The notes beneath the pieces were generated by a model. It was not told the DNA's origin. It did no database searches and worked only from the letters and a program-made list of their open reading frames with translations. A stretch of 64,000 nt of DNA from IMG/VR virus record IMGVR_UViG_3300037067_019009, positions 1-64,000 of that record. One strand, given 5' to 3'. This stretch comes from a virus (Duplodnaviria > Caudoviricetes). Positions 38,682 through 50,080 of the stretch are shown piece by piece; position 1 is the first letter of the stretch, and each line of letters opens with the position of its first letter. A program made the position numbers and the translations under genes.

Positions 38682-39617
38682 TTATCTACCCTCCTTAGTA
38701 AAACTTTCGAAAAACTTTTCTCGCGGTATAGTGAAGCCGGCCGCACTCGGATGCCCGCCGCCCCCATATTTCTCAGCCATTTTCCCAACATCTACGCCAC
38801 CCTCACTAATAGGTGTAGTAGCTCGCAAAGAAACTTTACAGAAATCCCCATCAAAAGCAAAGGCCACAACTATCGGGTAAGAACTGGTATCATCGCCAAA
38901 AGCCTCTATTCCAGCGTCACCCAAATTCAAGCACAGACATCTGTGGCCTTCTATATATGAGGTAAATGCTCTCTTCCTGGTATAGGAGGAATACCACTGT
39001 TTTTTATAGTCCTTGACAACCTCGCCCCTATCCAGTATTTTCCTGTAAGCCGTGGCCTTATCTAGAAGCCAGTACGCTGTATCAACATAACTGGGGCCTC
39101 CCAGATCGAATAGCTCCTCCCACACGCAGCTAAGGGGGTCGGTGGGTAGGGATTCCAGGCCAGAAATAAACAGTTCAGTAATAGTGCCATATTCCCACGT
39201 CCATGTATCCATATCGCTAATAAACTTTATCGCTAAAGGCACACCACACGTTTCATATAAATATTTCCATGTCAGCAGGCACGCTGACTCTTTAGTATCT
39301 CTAACGCCCATGGGATGAACGTTCGCAGATTCGTACTTTTCTAGGGCCGATCTATGATGATCTATCCATATGACATCAGCAGCTTTCTCCATAAGAAGTT
39401 TGTATTCATCAGGGCTTACCGAAAAGTCCACTATGAACACTAGATCCCCGTCATGTATATCTTCTGTTGAGATTGTAGCTGGATAATCTATTTGACAAAA
39501 GTCGCTATGCTCTACCGGTATATGATTGTCTATATGCCACTTATACACTATAGCAGCCGCACACTTCCCATCCAGGTCATCATGATAAAAACATTTCATA
39601 TCAAACTTTAATACCAA
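38682..39617 (-). CDS. DHH/DHHA1 phosphoesterase
   Basis: YHDDLDG, VDFS, WIDHH, GGGGHPSAAGF. Confidence 0.85.
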   Translation of the reverse strand: MVLKFDMKCFYHDDLDGKCAAAIVYKWHIDNHIPVEHSDFCQIDYPATISTEDIHDGDLVFIVDFSVSPDEYKLLMEKAADVIWIDHHRSALEKYESANVHPMGVRDTKESACLLTWKYLYETCGVPLAIKFISDMDTWTWEYGTITELFISGLESLPTDPLSCVWEELFDLGGPSYVDTAYWLLDKATAYRKILDRGEVVKDYKKQWYSSYTRKRAFTSYIEGHRCLCLNLGDAGIEAFGDDTSSYPIVVAFAFDGDFCKVSLRATTPISEGGVDVGKMAEKYGGGGHPSAAGFTIPREKFFESFTKEGR

Positions 39618-39680
39618 TTTCCTTCCTTATAGATGCAGCACCCACTGATTAGTTTACCTAGCAAGCCGCGCCCTTTACAA

Positions 39681-40688
39681 CTACAGCCTCTTGGCCTCCA
39701 ACAGCACATCCACCAGCTCTTCTCTACTATGCGATAGTAAAAATGAATCTATATCTATCTTACTTTCCTCGTATAAAGGCAGGAACGCTCTATATACCTT
39801 AATCCCCGCGGCACTCAGCTTTTCTCCGAGCGAATATGCGGCATAATCTACATACTTGTTATTTCTTATCTGGGAATCGAACAATATCGTGCTCTCTTGT
39901 ATCCCCTTTTCTTTGCACACCTTAGCCACTATGTCATGTGCTGAATTCATCCCAGGAAGCCCGACGCAGTGAAACCCAGCCTGCACTGCCGCCATCGCCT
40001 TGAACTCACCTTCAGTGATTATTAGATCGCATTTCCTATCTGGGTTTACAAATCCCCAGAAGTAGTTATTAGACGATACATCATAAGGCCCAAGATAATC
40101 CCCAGACGTGACTACCCCGCGGCTCCTGAAGTACCACACTTTACCATCTACCCAGTAAGGGATGAGGATTCTGTTGTTGTACACGCTGCGATGGGTAAAA
40201 GTTTTACCGCCATCCGTACAGAGTAAGCCGCATGAAATTAGGGCAGGCTCGTCGAACTTCTTCGATAGTATCTTAATAGCGCCATTAGAAGAACGCAGCC
40301 CAAACTTTGAATACGGGCTCTTTATGCCCCTCTCAGCTAACTTATCTCTATGTTCTCTAGTGAGCCCAGCTTCGTTGAACAAATGAGTATAGACATCAAG
40401 GGCCACACCTTGATCAAATCTAGAAATTGCAGTCTCTCTTTTATATAAAGAGTAACTTCCGCCTGGAGAGTCCCTCATTATGCGAGCGAACTTCACTGCG
40501 TTACCTTGACCGAGCCCATCAGGAGCCGTAGCACACTTGTGACAGTAGTACAGGCCCTCAGAGTTTACATAAAGATGCCGGCTTCTTTTTCCCTGATCGC
40601 ATCGCCAACAGTGGAAAGCCCAGACATTCCCGCACCTCTTGCCTTCACCGAGGTGTTTTTCAAAAAGCAAAAGATTATCAAGCGCCAC
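39681..40688 (-). CDS. DNA primase (zinc finger + TOPRIM)
   Basis: CWRC...CHKC, RILIPY, ITEGEFKA, LFDS, DID. Confidence 0.8.
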   Translation of the reverse strand: MALDNLLLFEKHLGEGKRCGNVWAFHCWRCDQGKRSRHLYVNSEGLYYCHKCATAPDGLGQGNAVKFARIMRDSPGGSYSLYKRETAISRFDQGVALDVYTHLFNEAGLTREHRDKLAERGIKSPYSKFGLRSSNGAIKILSKKFDEPALISCGLLCTDGGKTFTHRSVYNNRILIPYWVDGKVWYFRSRGVVTSGDYLGPYDVSSNNYFWGFVNPDRKCDLIITEGEFKAMAAVQAGFHCVGLPGMNSAHDIVAKVCKEKGIQESTILFDSQIRNNKYVDYAAYSLGEKLSAAGIKVYRAFLPLYEESKIDIDSFLLSHSREELVDVLLEAKRL

Positions 40689-40697
40689 GTCTCCTCC

Positions 40698-40904
40698 CTA
40701 CTCAGTCTTCCTAGGAACTAAGTCTTCAGCCAGTATCTCCATGCTGGACCAATAAAGCTGCTCCACATAGTCGTTTTCCATCCTCTCTGCGAGACGCTCC
40801 ATATCTTCATCAGAGGTATTAGAAGTATCGAACCCCAACATTCTAAGATCATCCCTGTGGATACGAGTAACGATGAAAAATCCATCCTCCGTATTTCTAT
40901 CCAA
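40698..40904 (-). CDS. Small acidic hypothetical protein
   Basis: SD GAGGAGGTGA. Confidence 0.6.
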   Translation of the reverse strand: MDRNTEDGFFIVTRIHRDDLRMLGFDTSNTSDEDMERLAERMENDYVEQLYWSSMEILAEDLVPRKTE

Positions 40905-40940
40905 AACCAGTCACCTCCTCAAGCCACCAATGATCATAGA

Positions 40941-41489
40941 CTATTTCTTTCGCTCTTTGTACTTCCTCTTACACCACTCCCGTTGCTTTGCCAGCTTTTC
41001 CTTATGCCTGAGTTTTGCTTCCTCTTCCTTATTTTTGTCTACACCAGCAGCATCAGCGCAACGTGTTATAGAGATGAGATCATCCAATGGGATAACTATC
41101 CATGAGCCAGCGGTCTTGAAATCAAACTGCTTGTAATGGTAGTGGCCGTAAGGATACATGCGGTGCTGCTTCTTATTCGTACAGTCTACTACCTCTTCAA
41201 TACTATAATCTTCCTGGCCTGGCCAATCTTCGAGTGGTAGCATAGCAAGAGTCCAGTAGTTATCACAGCATATACCGAGTACTGACTTTTTATTTCTGGC
41301 CGTGGCATGTTTGAGTAAGGTAATGAGCCAAGTTTCGCTTAGATCAAGAACCGGGCTTCGCCACTTAGCTTCTACCAAAAAGAACTTGTTTTGTGCGTCA
41401 CCCTTCTGCCACTTGTTACCACTTCCTATTGTCAGGTACCCATGTATCTTACGAGCTAGATCCTTCTCCAGGCGTCTCCAGTTTTCCAT
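40941..41489 (-). CDS. PD-(D/E)xK endonuclease (Holliday-resolvase-like)
   Basis: E..LA...GSG...KGD...LVEAK. Confidence 0.6.
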   Translation of the reverse strand: MENWRRLEKDLARKIHGYLTIGSGNKWQKGDAQNKFFLVEAKWRSPVLDLSETWLITLLKHATARNKKSVLGICCDNYWTLAMLPLEDWPGQEDYSIEEVVDCTNKKQHRMYPYGHYHYKQFDFKTAGSWIVIPLDDLISITRCADAAGVDKNKEEEAKLRHKEKLAKQREWCKRKYKERKK

Positions 41490-41832
41490 GCAGATCTACC
41501 AAACTCCTTATACCTTCGATAGCGGCGTAGAGAAGATCAATGCTGGCCTCTAGCTTAGAAATAGCTATTTCTACAAGGTCCGGGTTATCATCCTCTCCAT
41601 CACATCCCTCTATAAGTTCTATTACTAGATGATCTAGTAAGGAGTCTCCCGATTTAAGTTCTACCGCCTTGTTATAAGAGGTTGGGCTGACAAAGCCATG
41701 TTCTCTGCAAAACCCTTCTTGCGCTGCCGCTAATACTTTCTCCATAGGACTTAGCGTAGCGTACACGCTACGCGGTATCTTACCTTCATTATCAGTAGTA
41801 AGTTTACTCGGATCGAAGTCATGTATATCCAT
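41449..41832 (-). CDS. Hypothetical protein
   Basis: Operonic ORF. Confidence 0.5.
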   Translation of the reverse strand: MDIHDFDPSKLTTDNEGKIPRSVYATLSPMEKVLAAAQEGFCREHGFVSPTSYNKAVELKSGDSLLDHLVIELIEGCDGEDDNPDLVEIAISKLEASIDLLYAAIEGIRSLVDLHGKLETPGEGSSS

Positions 41833-41838
41833 AATTAA

Positions 41839-42876
41839 CTACATCCTCTTGGTGACAAAGTCCAGCCGTCTTTCTGCTATCTTCTGGATTGCTTTCAGCC
41901 GACCAACCGTATTAGTATCATTAAGCTTCCCAGACAGAAGTAACTCTTTGATGGCCGTATGATACATGCACATCACATCTTTAAGCTCGACTACATTAGT
42001 TGCTACATCATAATCCGGTACGGGTTTTCCAGAGGTGTCTGGTATAAACCACGTAGTTTTGTTATAATTGGGATCATCGGCCATGTCCACCAACCAATAA
42101 GCTATCTCCTCGGCAAAACTCATCTCAGTCCAGTTTCCACCTTGGTTATCCCTTTCGAACAACGCATCGAACGATACCATTCTCTCGGCTTTATCTATTG
42201 CTTCAGTCATAGAGTCAGCCTGTATATCTGGTATCATTATTCTAACAACTGGATAGACATGTACATTATACTTAGGCATACTTACCTCCGGACTAGCATT
42301 CTGTGTCATAAAATCAAAGACCTGGGCAAACAGAGCTTTTACTTTCAAGGCAAGCTCTTCCTCAGTGCCGTCATTGATAATTATGCTGTTCCATCCATCA
42401 AACTTTCTCCACTCTTGCTCAGAAACGTGCGTGTCTACGACCTCCGAAAGCCCCGGACGGTCTACCAGAATCAGGTAGCCTCCGTTGTCAGCTATATATA
42501 AAATCTCATTAGTGAATCTTATGTCAGGAATGATTACGAGTTCATGCTCCGGGCATTCACTGGACTGCAGCCACGAATCCATCCTCTTGACCCAGTAGTC
42601 CTTATCCGCTGCTCGCCTGTACTCTGTACCCCACCACTGCATGATAAGTCTCCAGCGCTCTTTTTCCCCAGTAGTGTTCATCTGTCTTAGCAGTTCTTCC
42701 TTAGGCACGCTCATCCTTTGGCTGAAGCACTCCGCTATTTCTTCCTTAACATAGTCAGCCATTCCTCTACGAATTGTTCTTATAGCATCAGCGCCAGCCA
42801 TCTTCGCAAGAAGAGCAGCCACTGTATCTTTACCGTGCTGTTTTCCACCACAAATCCCTACCAACGTAAACTTCAC
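41839..42876 (-). CDS. Deoxynucleoside monophosphate kinase fused in frame to a second domain
   Basis: GGKQHGKDT, ADYVK, RLIMQWWGTEYRR, IPDIRFTNE, HVSE. Confidence 0.8.
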   Translation of the reverse strand: MKFTLVGICGGKQHGKDTVAALLAKMAGADAIRTIRRGMADYVKEEIAECFSQRMSVPKEELLRQMNTTGEKERWRLIMQWWGTEYRRAADKDYWVKRMDSWLQSSECPEHELVIIPDIRFTNEILYIADNGGYLILVDRPGLSEVVDTHVSEQEWRKFDGWNSIIINDGTEEELALKVKALFAQVFDFMTQNASPEVSMPKYNVHVYPVVRIMIPDIQADSMTEAIDKAERMVSFDALFERDNQGGNWTEMSFAEEIAYWLVDMADDPNYNKTTWFIPDTSGKPVPDYDVATNVVELKDVMCMYHTAIKELLLSGKLNDTNTVGRLKAIQKIAERRLDFVTKRM

Positions 42877-42895
42877 TCACCTAACTTCTGATTTT

Positions 42896-43156
42896 CTATA
42901 GCTGAAGTATCTTCATGATACTTCCATCTTCATCTATATACAGCTCGCTGCCATCTTTACGCACTACTAGGCCATCTCTTATCATAGCCGCCACGATATC
43001 TTGGATATACCTAGTCTCTACTACTATATCTTCGCCTAAAGTCTGATGTTCCCCTACGTTAGCCCCTACCCAAGACTTTGCTCTATCGGAATACATGTGT
43101 AACAAATAAAAACTCGACTCATCCACGACCTCAAAGTCGACATGATCCACTGTCAT
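42896..43156 (-). CDS. Hypothetical protein
   Basis: ATGA overlap with the upstream ORF; VVETRYIQDI. Confidence 0.55.
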   Translation of the reverse strand: MTVDHVDFEVVDESSFYLLHMYSDRAKSWVGANVGEHQTLGEDIVVETRYIQDIVAAMIRDGLVVRKDGSELYIDEDGSIMKILQL

Positions 43157-43446
43157 ACTAACACTCTCCCATCAGTACCTACTAAACCCATCGCTATAGC
43201 GTTGAACAACATAGAGTAACCACAGACGGGGCATACTACGACAACGAAAGGCACGCTGCCAGCGAACCGCGTAGGGCCAAAGCCACCAGACGTGGGACAT
43301 AGAAGTATGGAGGGCACAACAGTCCAGCTTGACGGTTTACTACCACACACCACGCATTTATCACACATCTTCATTTTACTGGAGAGCCACGCCGTTATCC
43401 GCTCTTCGATTCTTATCTCAACGTCATCATTAGAGCCACAGGCCAT
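43153..43446 (-). CDS. Zinc-ribbon protein
   Basis: CVVC...CPVCGY; start reassigned to the ATG after GGAGG. Confidence 0.55.
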   Translation of the reverse strand: MACGSNDDVEIRIEERITAWLSSKMKMCDKCVVCGSKPSSWTVVPSILLCPTSGGFGPTRFAGSVPFVVVVCPVCGYSMLFNAIAMGLVGTDGRVLV

Positions 43447-43930
43447 ACTCATGCCCCTCCCAGGTAACACTCTTATCAGCATCAGTATAAGGATCGTTAC
43501 CATGAAAACACCTATACAGAAGCACACCTGCTTCTGTGGCAAAAATAGCAGCCTGCTCCGTGCACCACCGCTCTAACTGGCTGATAGGTTCCCCGTCCGC
43601 TTCAGGTACGATTCCGGATGAATCCAGTGGATCGTTTCCAGCCTCATAAAGTACCTTCGCATGCATATCTGACGTGTTTACTAGCAGTATTCTATACCCA
43701 TGAGGGTAGAACTCTCCTTTTACGTAGACAGGTTCGCCGCAATGTATTTGCGTGGCTGATTTCCTAAGCGGATTCCATACTACATCATCAACCTGCTCTA
43801 TGTAACTGCTATCTACTCCGAACATGCCTCCGGACACTACGTCCTTATAAATAGATACTCCTATGTCATTGCCGCTATCCGGATCCGTGACATAAACATC
43901 GCCCACCCAAGTAGCATTATCCTGTGCCAT
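43430..43930 (-). CDS. Hypothetical acidic protein
   Basis: SD GGAGGAG. Confidence 0.55.
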   Translation of the reverse strand: MAQDNATWVGDVYVTDPDSGNDIGVSIYKDVVSGGMFGVDSSYIEQVDDVVWNPLRKSATQIHCGEPVYVKGEFYPHGYRILLVNTSDMHAKVLYEAGNDPLDSSGIVPEADGEPISQLERWCTEQAAIFATEAGVLLYRCFHGNDPYTDADKSVTWEGHEYGLWL

Positions 43931-43943
43931 TTCACTCCTCCAC

Positions 43944-44291
43944 TTACGAATCTACGAACACCTCTCCTCTGCCTCCACACCTGGGGCAGAGTGTCCTATC
44001 CTTCGGCCCCTCTATGCTCATACCAGATATGTATGTCCCATCCGGACTGTGTATATTCTTTTTGTCATCTATCACTAAGGTATGACCATCCTCAGCCTCT
44101 ATACTCATGGCAGCGTTACTAATATTTATAGATCCATAATCGCTTATCGTGTACCCTATCTCTAAGGTATGTAAGTTATCATAGAACCAATCTTCTACGG
44201 CCTGCGTCGCAGTTTCAGCCACCACATAATAATCCGTCCAATGATTAAAGCCCCCAATAACCTCGCATATCCTTACAATAAAACCAAACAC
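43944..44291 (-). CDS. Hypothetical protein with C-terminal CxxCxGxG
   Basis: CPRCGGRG. Confidence 0.5.
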   Translation of the reverse strand: MFGFIVRICEVIGGFNHWTDYYVVAETATQAVEDWFYDNLHTLEIGYTISDYGSINISNAAMSIEAEDGHTLVIDDKKNIHSPDGTYISGMSIEGPKDRTLCPRCGGRGEVFVDS

Positions 44292-44304
44292 TCAAATAGT
44301 TCTC

Positions 44305-44718
44305 CTACTCATACACGCTAACTGCTACCAAATCTCCATTCTCATCCCTATGAATGTAATCCCCCTCGTCATCTTCAATATCGTAGTCATGGATATGAAC
44401 TGCGACTCCCGCAGGCTTCTTAACCAAGTAGGCAATGCCTCCCGACAGAGTTATTACAACTACATTATCTCCTGATATATCAGGCATAGGAAGACGTTTC
44501 GCCTCCGTTTCGGCTATCTCTTGCATTTCTTCCAGTATCGACTCTATGCCAAGCGTACCACGCATATGCGTGTTTATTCTATCCCCAAGCGATACTACAA
44601 AAGTATCTGTAGCATGACTAGCGGTAAGAGTAAGAGCCCCACATGTTGCTAGGGGCTCTTTTTCCGGGTAATCTTCAGGCACGCTTGATTTCAACTCATG
44701 TATTATATTTACTTCCAC
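44305..44718 (-). CDS. Hypothetical acidic protein
   Basis: GTG start after AGGAGG at the end of the previous gene. Confidence 0.5.
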   Translation of the reverse strand: MEVNIIHELKSSVPEDYPEKEPLATCGALTLTASHATDTFVVSLGDRINTHMRGTLGIESILEEMQEIAETEAKRLPMPDISGDNVVVITLSGGIAYLVKKPAGVAVHIHDYDIEDDEGDYIHRDENGDLVAVSVYE

Positions 44719-44720
44719 CC

Positions 44721-45317
44721 CTATCCTCCTTCCTGAGCAGCATAACTCGCGGTGCATTTAGGATGCAGCATTGGCTTACCTGCCGCCTCTAACTCTCTTG
44801 CAACGGGAATCGGCACTAACTTGTGACAATACAAGCACTCATAACTACTACCACCACCCTTTTTAGCAGCTGCTCCTGAGCTTAAGTAGCTTTTTACTTC
44901 ATCAGCTACACTGGGCGGCCTGTTATTCGGCTGCGGCTTGGTTGAAGCTTGGGCGGCTTGAGAAAATATTTCATCAGCGGCAGCTAAAATATCGTCCTCG
45001 ACTGGCGCACTCTCCGGCGCTCGATCAGGCTTCTCTTCTGCCTGCACTTCTTTTTCCCGATTAGTGCTATCAGAAATACTCTGACTACTTGCCACTCCTA
45101 TCTGCTCTACACCACCGCATAGCTCCAGCATCGATAAGACCCTGTCCATAGCGGTATCTAAGTCATCCGTGTGGCTTACTACTTCTCTATTGACACCAAA
45201 CTCTTTTATCGTTATGCATAGCTTAACTAAATCGGACCCTAGGGAAGTATAAGACATATCCCACCCAGCAAACCCATACTTACCATCCAAAAGTTTGGCG
45301 GCATCCCAATCTCGCAT
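44721..45317 (-). CDS. Hypothetical protein with low-complexity linker and C-terminal zinc motif
   Basis: CLYCH...HPKC. Confidence 0.5.
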   Translation of the reverse strand: MRDWDAAKLLDGKYGFAGWDMSYTSLGSDLVKLCITIKEFGVNREVVSHTDDLDTAMDRVLSMLELCGGVEQIGVASSQSISDSTNREKEVQAEEKPDRAPESAPVEDDILAAADEIFSQAAQASTKPQPNNRPPSVADEVKSYLSSGAAAKKGGGSSYECLYCHKLVPIPVARELEAAGKPMLHPKCTASYAAQEGG

Positions 45318-45321
45318 GATT

Positions 45322-45642
45322 TTATTCCAGCTCCTCTGCCAGTATCATTATGAGCTTATTAAGCTCCTTAGCTCTCTTTATCTCTACCCTCATCCCAGGT
45401 GAGACACCTTCACCTATATAGGCCCATACTCTGTCACATTTCTCTAACATAGCAAGCCCACATTGTATTCCCAGTTCTCTGTCCTCTCCATCCTCGGTTA
45501 GTATTTGCGGGTAAAGCAGATGTGGCGCGAATGGAGCGTACCCAGCATCCATAGCCATTCTGCAAAGCTTTCTAGCTATCTCGCTATTATGCTCCATGTC
45601 TCCATTAAACTTACTACAAATAAATACAGTTTCTTTACTCAT
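45322..45642 (-). CDS. DUF4406/nucleoside-deoxyribosyltransferase-like protein
   Basis: VFICS..., PFAPHLLYPQ, CDRVW, SPGMRVEI; start reassigned to the ATG at 45642. Confidence 0.7.
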   Translation of the reverse strand: MSKETVFICSKFNGDMEHNSEIARKLCRMAMDAGYAPFAPHLLYPQILTEDGEDRELGIQCGLAMLEKCDRVWAYIGEGVSPGMRVEIKRAKELNKLIMILAEELE

Positions 45643-45683
45643 ATTCCTCACCAAAAGTGTGGCTACAAGATATCCGCACCTAT

Positions 45684-45735
45684 ATTGGTGAGTGGGTGGA
45701 ATTACTATGCGTAAGGAATCCACCCACCAACCAAT
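45684..45735 (-). promoter_or_regulatory. Long hairpin just 3' of groEL
   Basis: ATTGGTGAGTGGGTGGA...TCCACCCACCAACCAAT; no U-tract. Confidence 0.55.
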
Positions 45736-45744
45736 TCCTATAAA

Positions 45745-47388
<1,644 letters not shown>

Positions 47389-47404
47389 TTAATAGCTATA
47401 TACT

Positions 47405-47452
47405 GCCTGCAGGGTGTGATCAGAAAGGATGGAAGAAACACACCCCACAGGC
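47405..47452 (-). promoter_or_regulatory. 14-bp stem hairpin upstream of groEL
   Basis: Minus strand GCCTGTGGGGTGTG-N20-CACACCCTGCAGGC. Confidence 0.55.
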
Positions 47453-47515
47453 TTCTAGTGCGCAACCACAGCGGTCATTTCTGGCGTAGTAAACACCCAT
47501 GGCACACGCACAAGT

Positions 47516-48301
47516 TTAGTTACTCAAATTAATACCATACTTCCATGCCTGACACTCTCTATAGTACTGACACAGCAGCTCGCTGCAATACTTGTCTCTT
47601 GGTTCTGGCGGAACTGTTCCCTCCCTCAAAGCCGACATAAGTGCAAGAGATCGTTTAGCATAACCCAAGAAGTCTTCCACATCAACGTAATCCCTTCTCA
47701 TAGAGATCACGTCTACCTTAGGCTTGTCTTTCCTCTGTACTACATGGAACTCAAAATCTACATAAGGCTTCCCAGTCAGAAACGTGTAGGTCGTGGCCTG
47801 TGTATTCGTGGCAGCTTCCTCTTCTTCATTCCACTTCTTAGTAGTAAGTTTATAATCTACTAAAGTATTATCGCTGCGAATCATATCGACGATACCTATT
47901 AAGCGGCAGTTCATTCCAGGCAAGTCTTTAGTTATTTTTACTTCGCAGGCATCCGGTGCTTGGTAGCGGCCCACCTCCGACCAATACTTTTCCACGGCGG
48001 CTAGACCATTGGCCTTGAACTTCTTTGGACTCTGGCCCGGCAAGAGCTCGAGGCTCTTGATACCCTTATCCCACTTAGAGTCGAATACCGCTATCACATA
48101 ATCGAGTTCAGCCTTGTTACCATTGCTAATAAACACCAAATTAGCCGCCTGCATAGCTTCATGGAAGCATGTTCCAGCAAACATGTATATTGTTTGAGGC
48201 TTACCGATCTTTTTGACGTACTTAAAGTACCAGGCTAAAGAGCAGTCGTCAAGCAGACTCAGCTGAGTATATGAAATAACCGGAGTCTTAAGCTCAGCCA
48301 C
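47516..48301 (-). CDS. Cas4/RecB-like PD-(D/E)xK exonuclease
   Basis: SYTQL...C, GTCFH, GIVD, VDYK, C-terminal CxxxxCxxxxxC (Fe-S staple). Confidence 0.8.
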   Translation of the reverse strand: MAELKTPVISYTQLSLLDDCSLAWYFKYVKKIGKPQTIYMFAGTCFHEAMQAANLVFISNGNKAELDYVIAVFDSKWDKGIKSLELLPGQSPKKFKANGLAAVEKYWSEVGRYQAPDACEVKITKDLPGMNCRLIGIVDMIRSDNTLVDYKLTTKKWNEEEEAATNTQATTYTFLTGKPYVDFEFHVVQRKDKPKVDVISMRRDYVDVEDFLGYAKRSLALMSALREGTVPPEPRDKYCSELLCQYYRECQAWKYGINLSN

Positions 48302-48492
48302 TATGCTATCTCCTTCAGTAGTTCAGAGTACTTGCGTTCGCACTTGGCACACCGATTACTCTCATCGGTCTGACAAGCTTCCCTGTAGATAGCTTTATCT
48401 GTATCTACCGCCTTACCGCATAAGAGTTGAGCGGGATTGTCCGGATTCATACGATGCCATTTAGTCCAGTTTCCCTCTTTAACTAACAGCAA
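48301..48492 (-). CDS. Small zinc-binding protein
   Basis: WH...LCG...CAKC. Confidence 0.55.
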   Translation of the reverse strand: MLLVKEGNWTKWHRMNPDNPAQLLCGKAVDTDKAIYREACQTDESNRCAKCERKYSELLKEIA

Positions 48493-48504
48493 ATTAATAC
48501 TCTC

Positions 48505-48999
48505 CTATACTCCATAGGTAGGCTCAGTTATTTTGAGCATCTCTATAAATATATTTACTCCCCTGTTCTTTTTCTCCGTACCGTCTTCCTTCATATCTCC
48601 GCCCGTGTACTCCAGTACTTTACACGTGTAACTGATACCGGAATCCATGGCCTGGGCCAACTGAGTAGCCAGTCCAATGCGATCAAACTCCGTGCCATCA
48701 CATTCTGAGCACGCACTGGGAGCTCCCTTACCGCGCCCAGGCATTATATAGCCGCAATCAGCGCAAGCGTATTCCGAGTTAGAGATGTAACCCAGCTGGA
48801 TAGTCTCATATCCACCCTCTTTGCTGTACAACTCTACCCATACGCCTATGGCGTCGGGGTCGTAAGCATTCTCTGGTTCACGTTCCAAGTGAAGCATAGC
48901 AGCTCCAGCCTCTTTAGCTCTGACTATCTTCTCCTGGCGGTTATCGAAAGTAGTACCAACTATTTTAGAAAATACTTTATCCGGGTATTTTGTTCCCAT
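48505..48999 (-). CDS. HIRAN-domain protein with inserted zinc ribbon
   Basis: IVGTTFDNRQ, LEREPENAYDPDAIGV, LGYI; start reassigned to the ATG at 48999. Confidence 0.8.
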   Translation of the reverse strand: MGTKYPDKVFSKIVGTTFDNRQEKIVRAKEAGAAMLHLEREPENAYDPDAIGVWVELYSKEGGYETIQLGYISNSEYACADCGYIMPGRGKGAPSACSECDGTEFDRIGLATQLAQAMDSGISYTCKVLEYTGGDMKEDGTEKKNRGVNIFIEMLKITEPTYGV

Positions 49000-49447
49000 T
49001 CTTATCCTCCCATGCCTCATATGTAGTTTCCAGCCAATCACCGGGTAGTACACAAGCCAGCTTATATCCTCTATCAGTAAAACCCGCATCAGCGGCATAA
49101 GAGATACCAAACTTCGATATCGTCATAGTGCTGAAGTGTATAATAGCTTTGCCGTTTTCTTGTGATACATCGTAATCATCAGGAAGCAGTATCGCTAAAG
49201 GCCCTTCCCCCCGTGCCGCCATGTCGTCCAACTGTTCCATCTTCTCTTCGTCGTTCAGGTCATTAAGCCAGATAATATTGGATTCATCATCGTACTCTAC
49301 GGTAAGGAAGTCCTCATCTGCTGCTGTTAGAAAGTCAACTGTTCGCGTACGCCTATTAACCTTAGTTATCAGATCTCGAGTCACCTCAAGTACAGCGTAA
49401 GCATCACCCGATGTCTGCGTTACAGCCGGTAATAGTAGTTTCATCAC
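48977..49447 (-). CDS. Acidic hypothetical protein
   Basis: Operonic. Confidence 0.55.
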   Translation of the reverse strand: MMKLLLPAVTQTSGDAYAVLEVTRDLITKVNRRTRTVDFLTAADEDFLTVEYDDESNIIWLNDLNDEEKMEQLDDMAARGEGPLAILLPDDYDVSQENGKAIIHFSTMTISKFGISYAADAGFTDRGYKLACVLPGDWLETTYEAWEDKNGNKIPG

Positions 49448-49665
49448 TACTCCTCCTTAGGTTCCATTGCGATATCTACTCGCAGAAGCCACGGGCCCCT
49501 GCGCAGCATAGCAGGTAGCTTGTGCCGACGATATCCATCTGGTAGTTTGAACCCCAATACACAATCGCCACTATCCACCTGAATATCATCAGTAGCCTTA
49601 ATACTCGGATCTTCTCCGATCTTGATGACATTACCATCTTGATAATGTCCATATAATCTAAGCAT
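49447..49665 (-). CDS. Hypothetical protein
   Basis: SD GGAGG. Confidence 0.55.
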   Translation of the reverse strand: MLRLYGHYQDGNVIKIGEDPSIKATDDIQVDSGDCVLGFKLPDGYRRHKLPAMLRRGPWLLRVDIAMEPKEE

Positions 49666-49691
49666 CTGTTGTCCTCCCTAACACATCCTAG

Positions 49692-50069
49692 TTACAATCC
49701 AAAGCTGTCTAAGAACCCACTTTCCCTCACGACAATCCATTTATCTTTCACTCGAACTTCGTACCATTCGTTTCCAGAGGCTGGGTAAACTACCAGCTTT
49801 CTGTACCCCACTGGATAATCGCGTACCTTCCTTACTTCAATATTATTTATGCTCACAGGTACTCCCTGTTTCACTTTGAAGTCGTTACGTGTCGCTATAG
49901 TTAGAATGACACCAACTACAAATAAGACCAGTCCCGTTACGACTATGCTAAGTATGCCCTTCCCATCATCACGGCTTAGATTATCATCAGTCGCCAGTAT
50001 CCCTCCCACCACTACCATCATCAATCCAACCAGTACCATATATGTTCTAACCTTTACCCTTCCCACCAA
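49692..50069 (-). CDS. Two-TM membrane protein
   Basis: Two hydrophobic helices. Confidence 0.55.
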   Translation of the reverse strand: MVGRVKVRTYMVLVGLMMVVVGGILATDDNLSRDDGKGILSIVVTGLVLFVVGVILTIATRNDFKVKQGVPVSINNIEVRKVRDYPVGYRKLVVYPASGNEWYEVRVKDKWIVVRESGFLDSFGL

Positions 50070-50080
50070 TTACTGTAATT

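Noticed and set aside
47516-48301. Cas4-like gene as part of a CRISPR-Cas system
   Set aside because: No other cas genes and no repeat-spacer array were seen; solo Cas4-like nucleases are common in phages.
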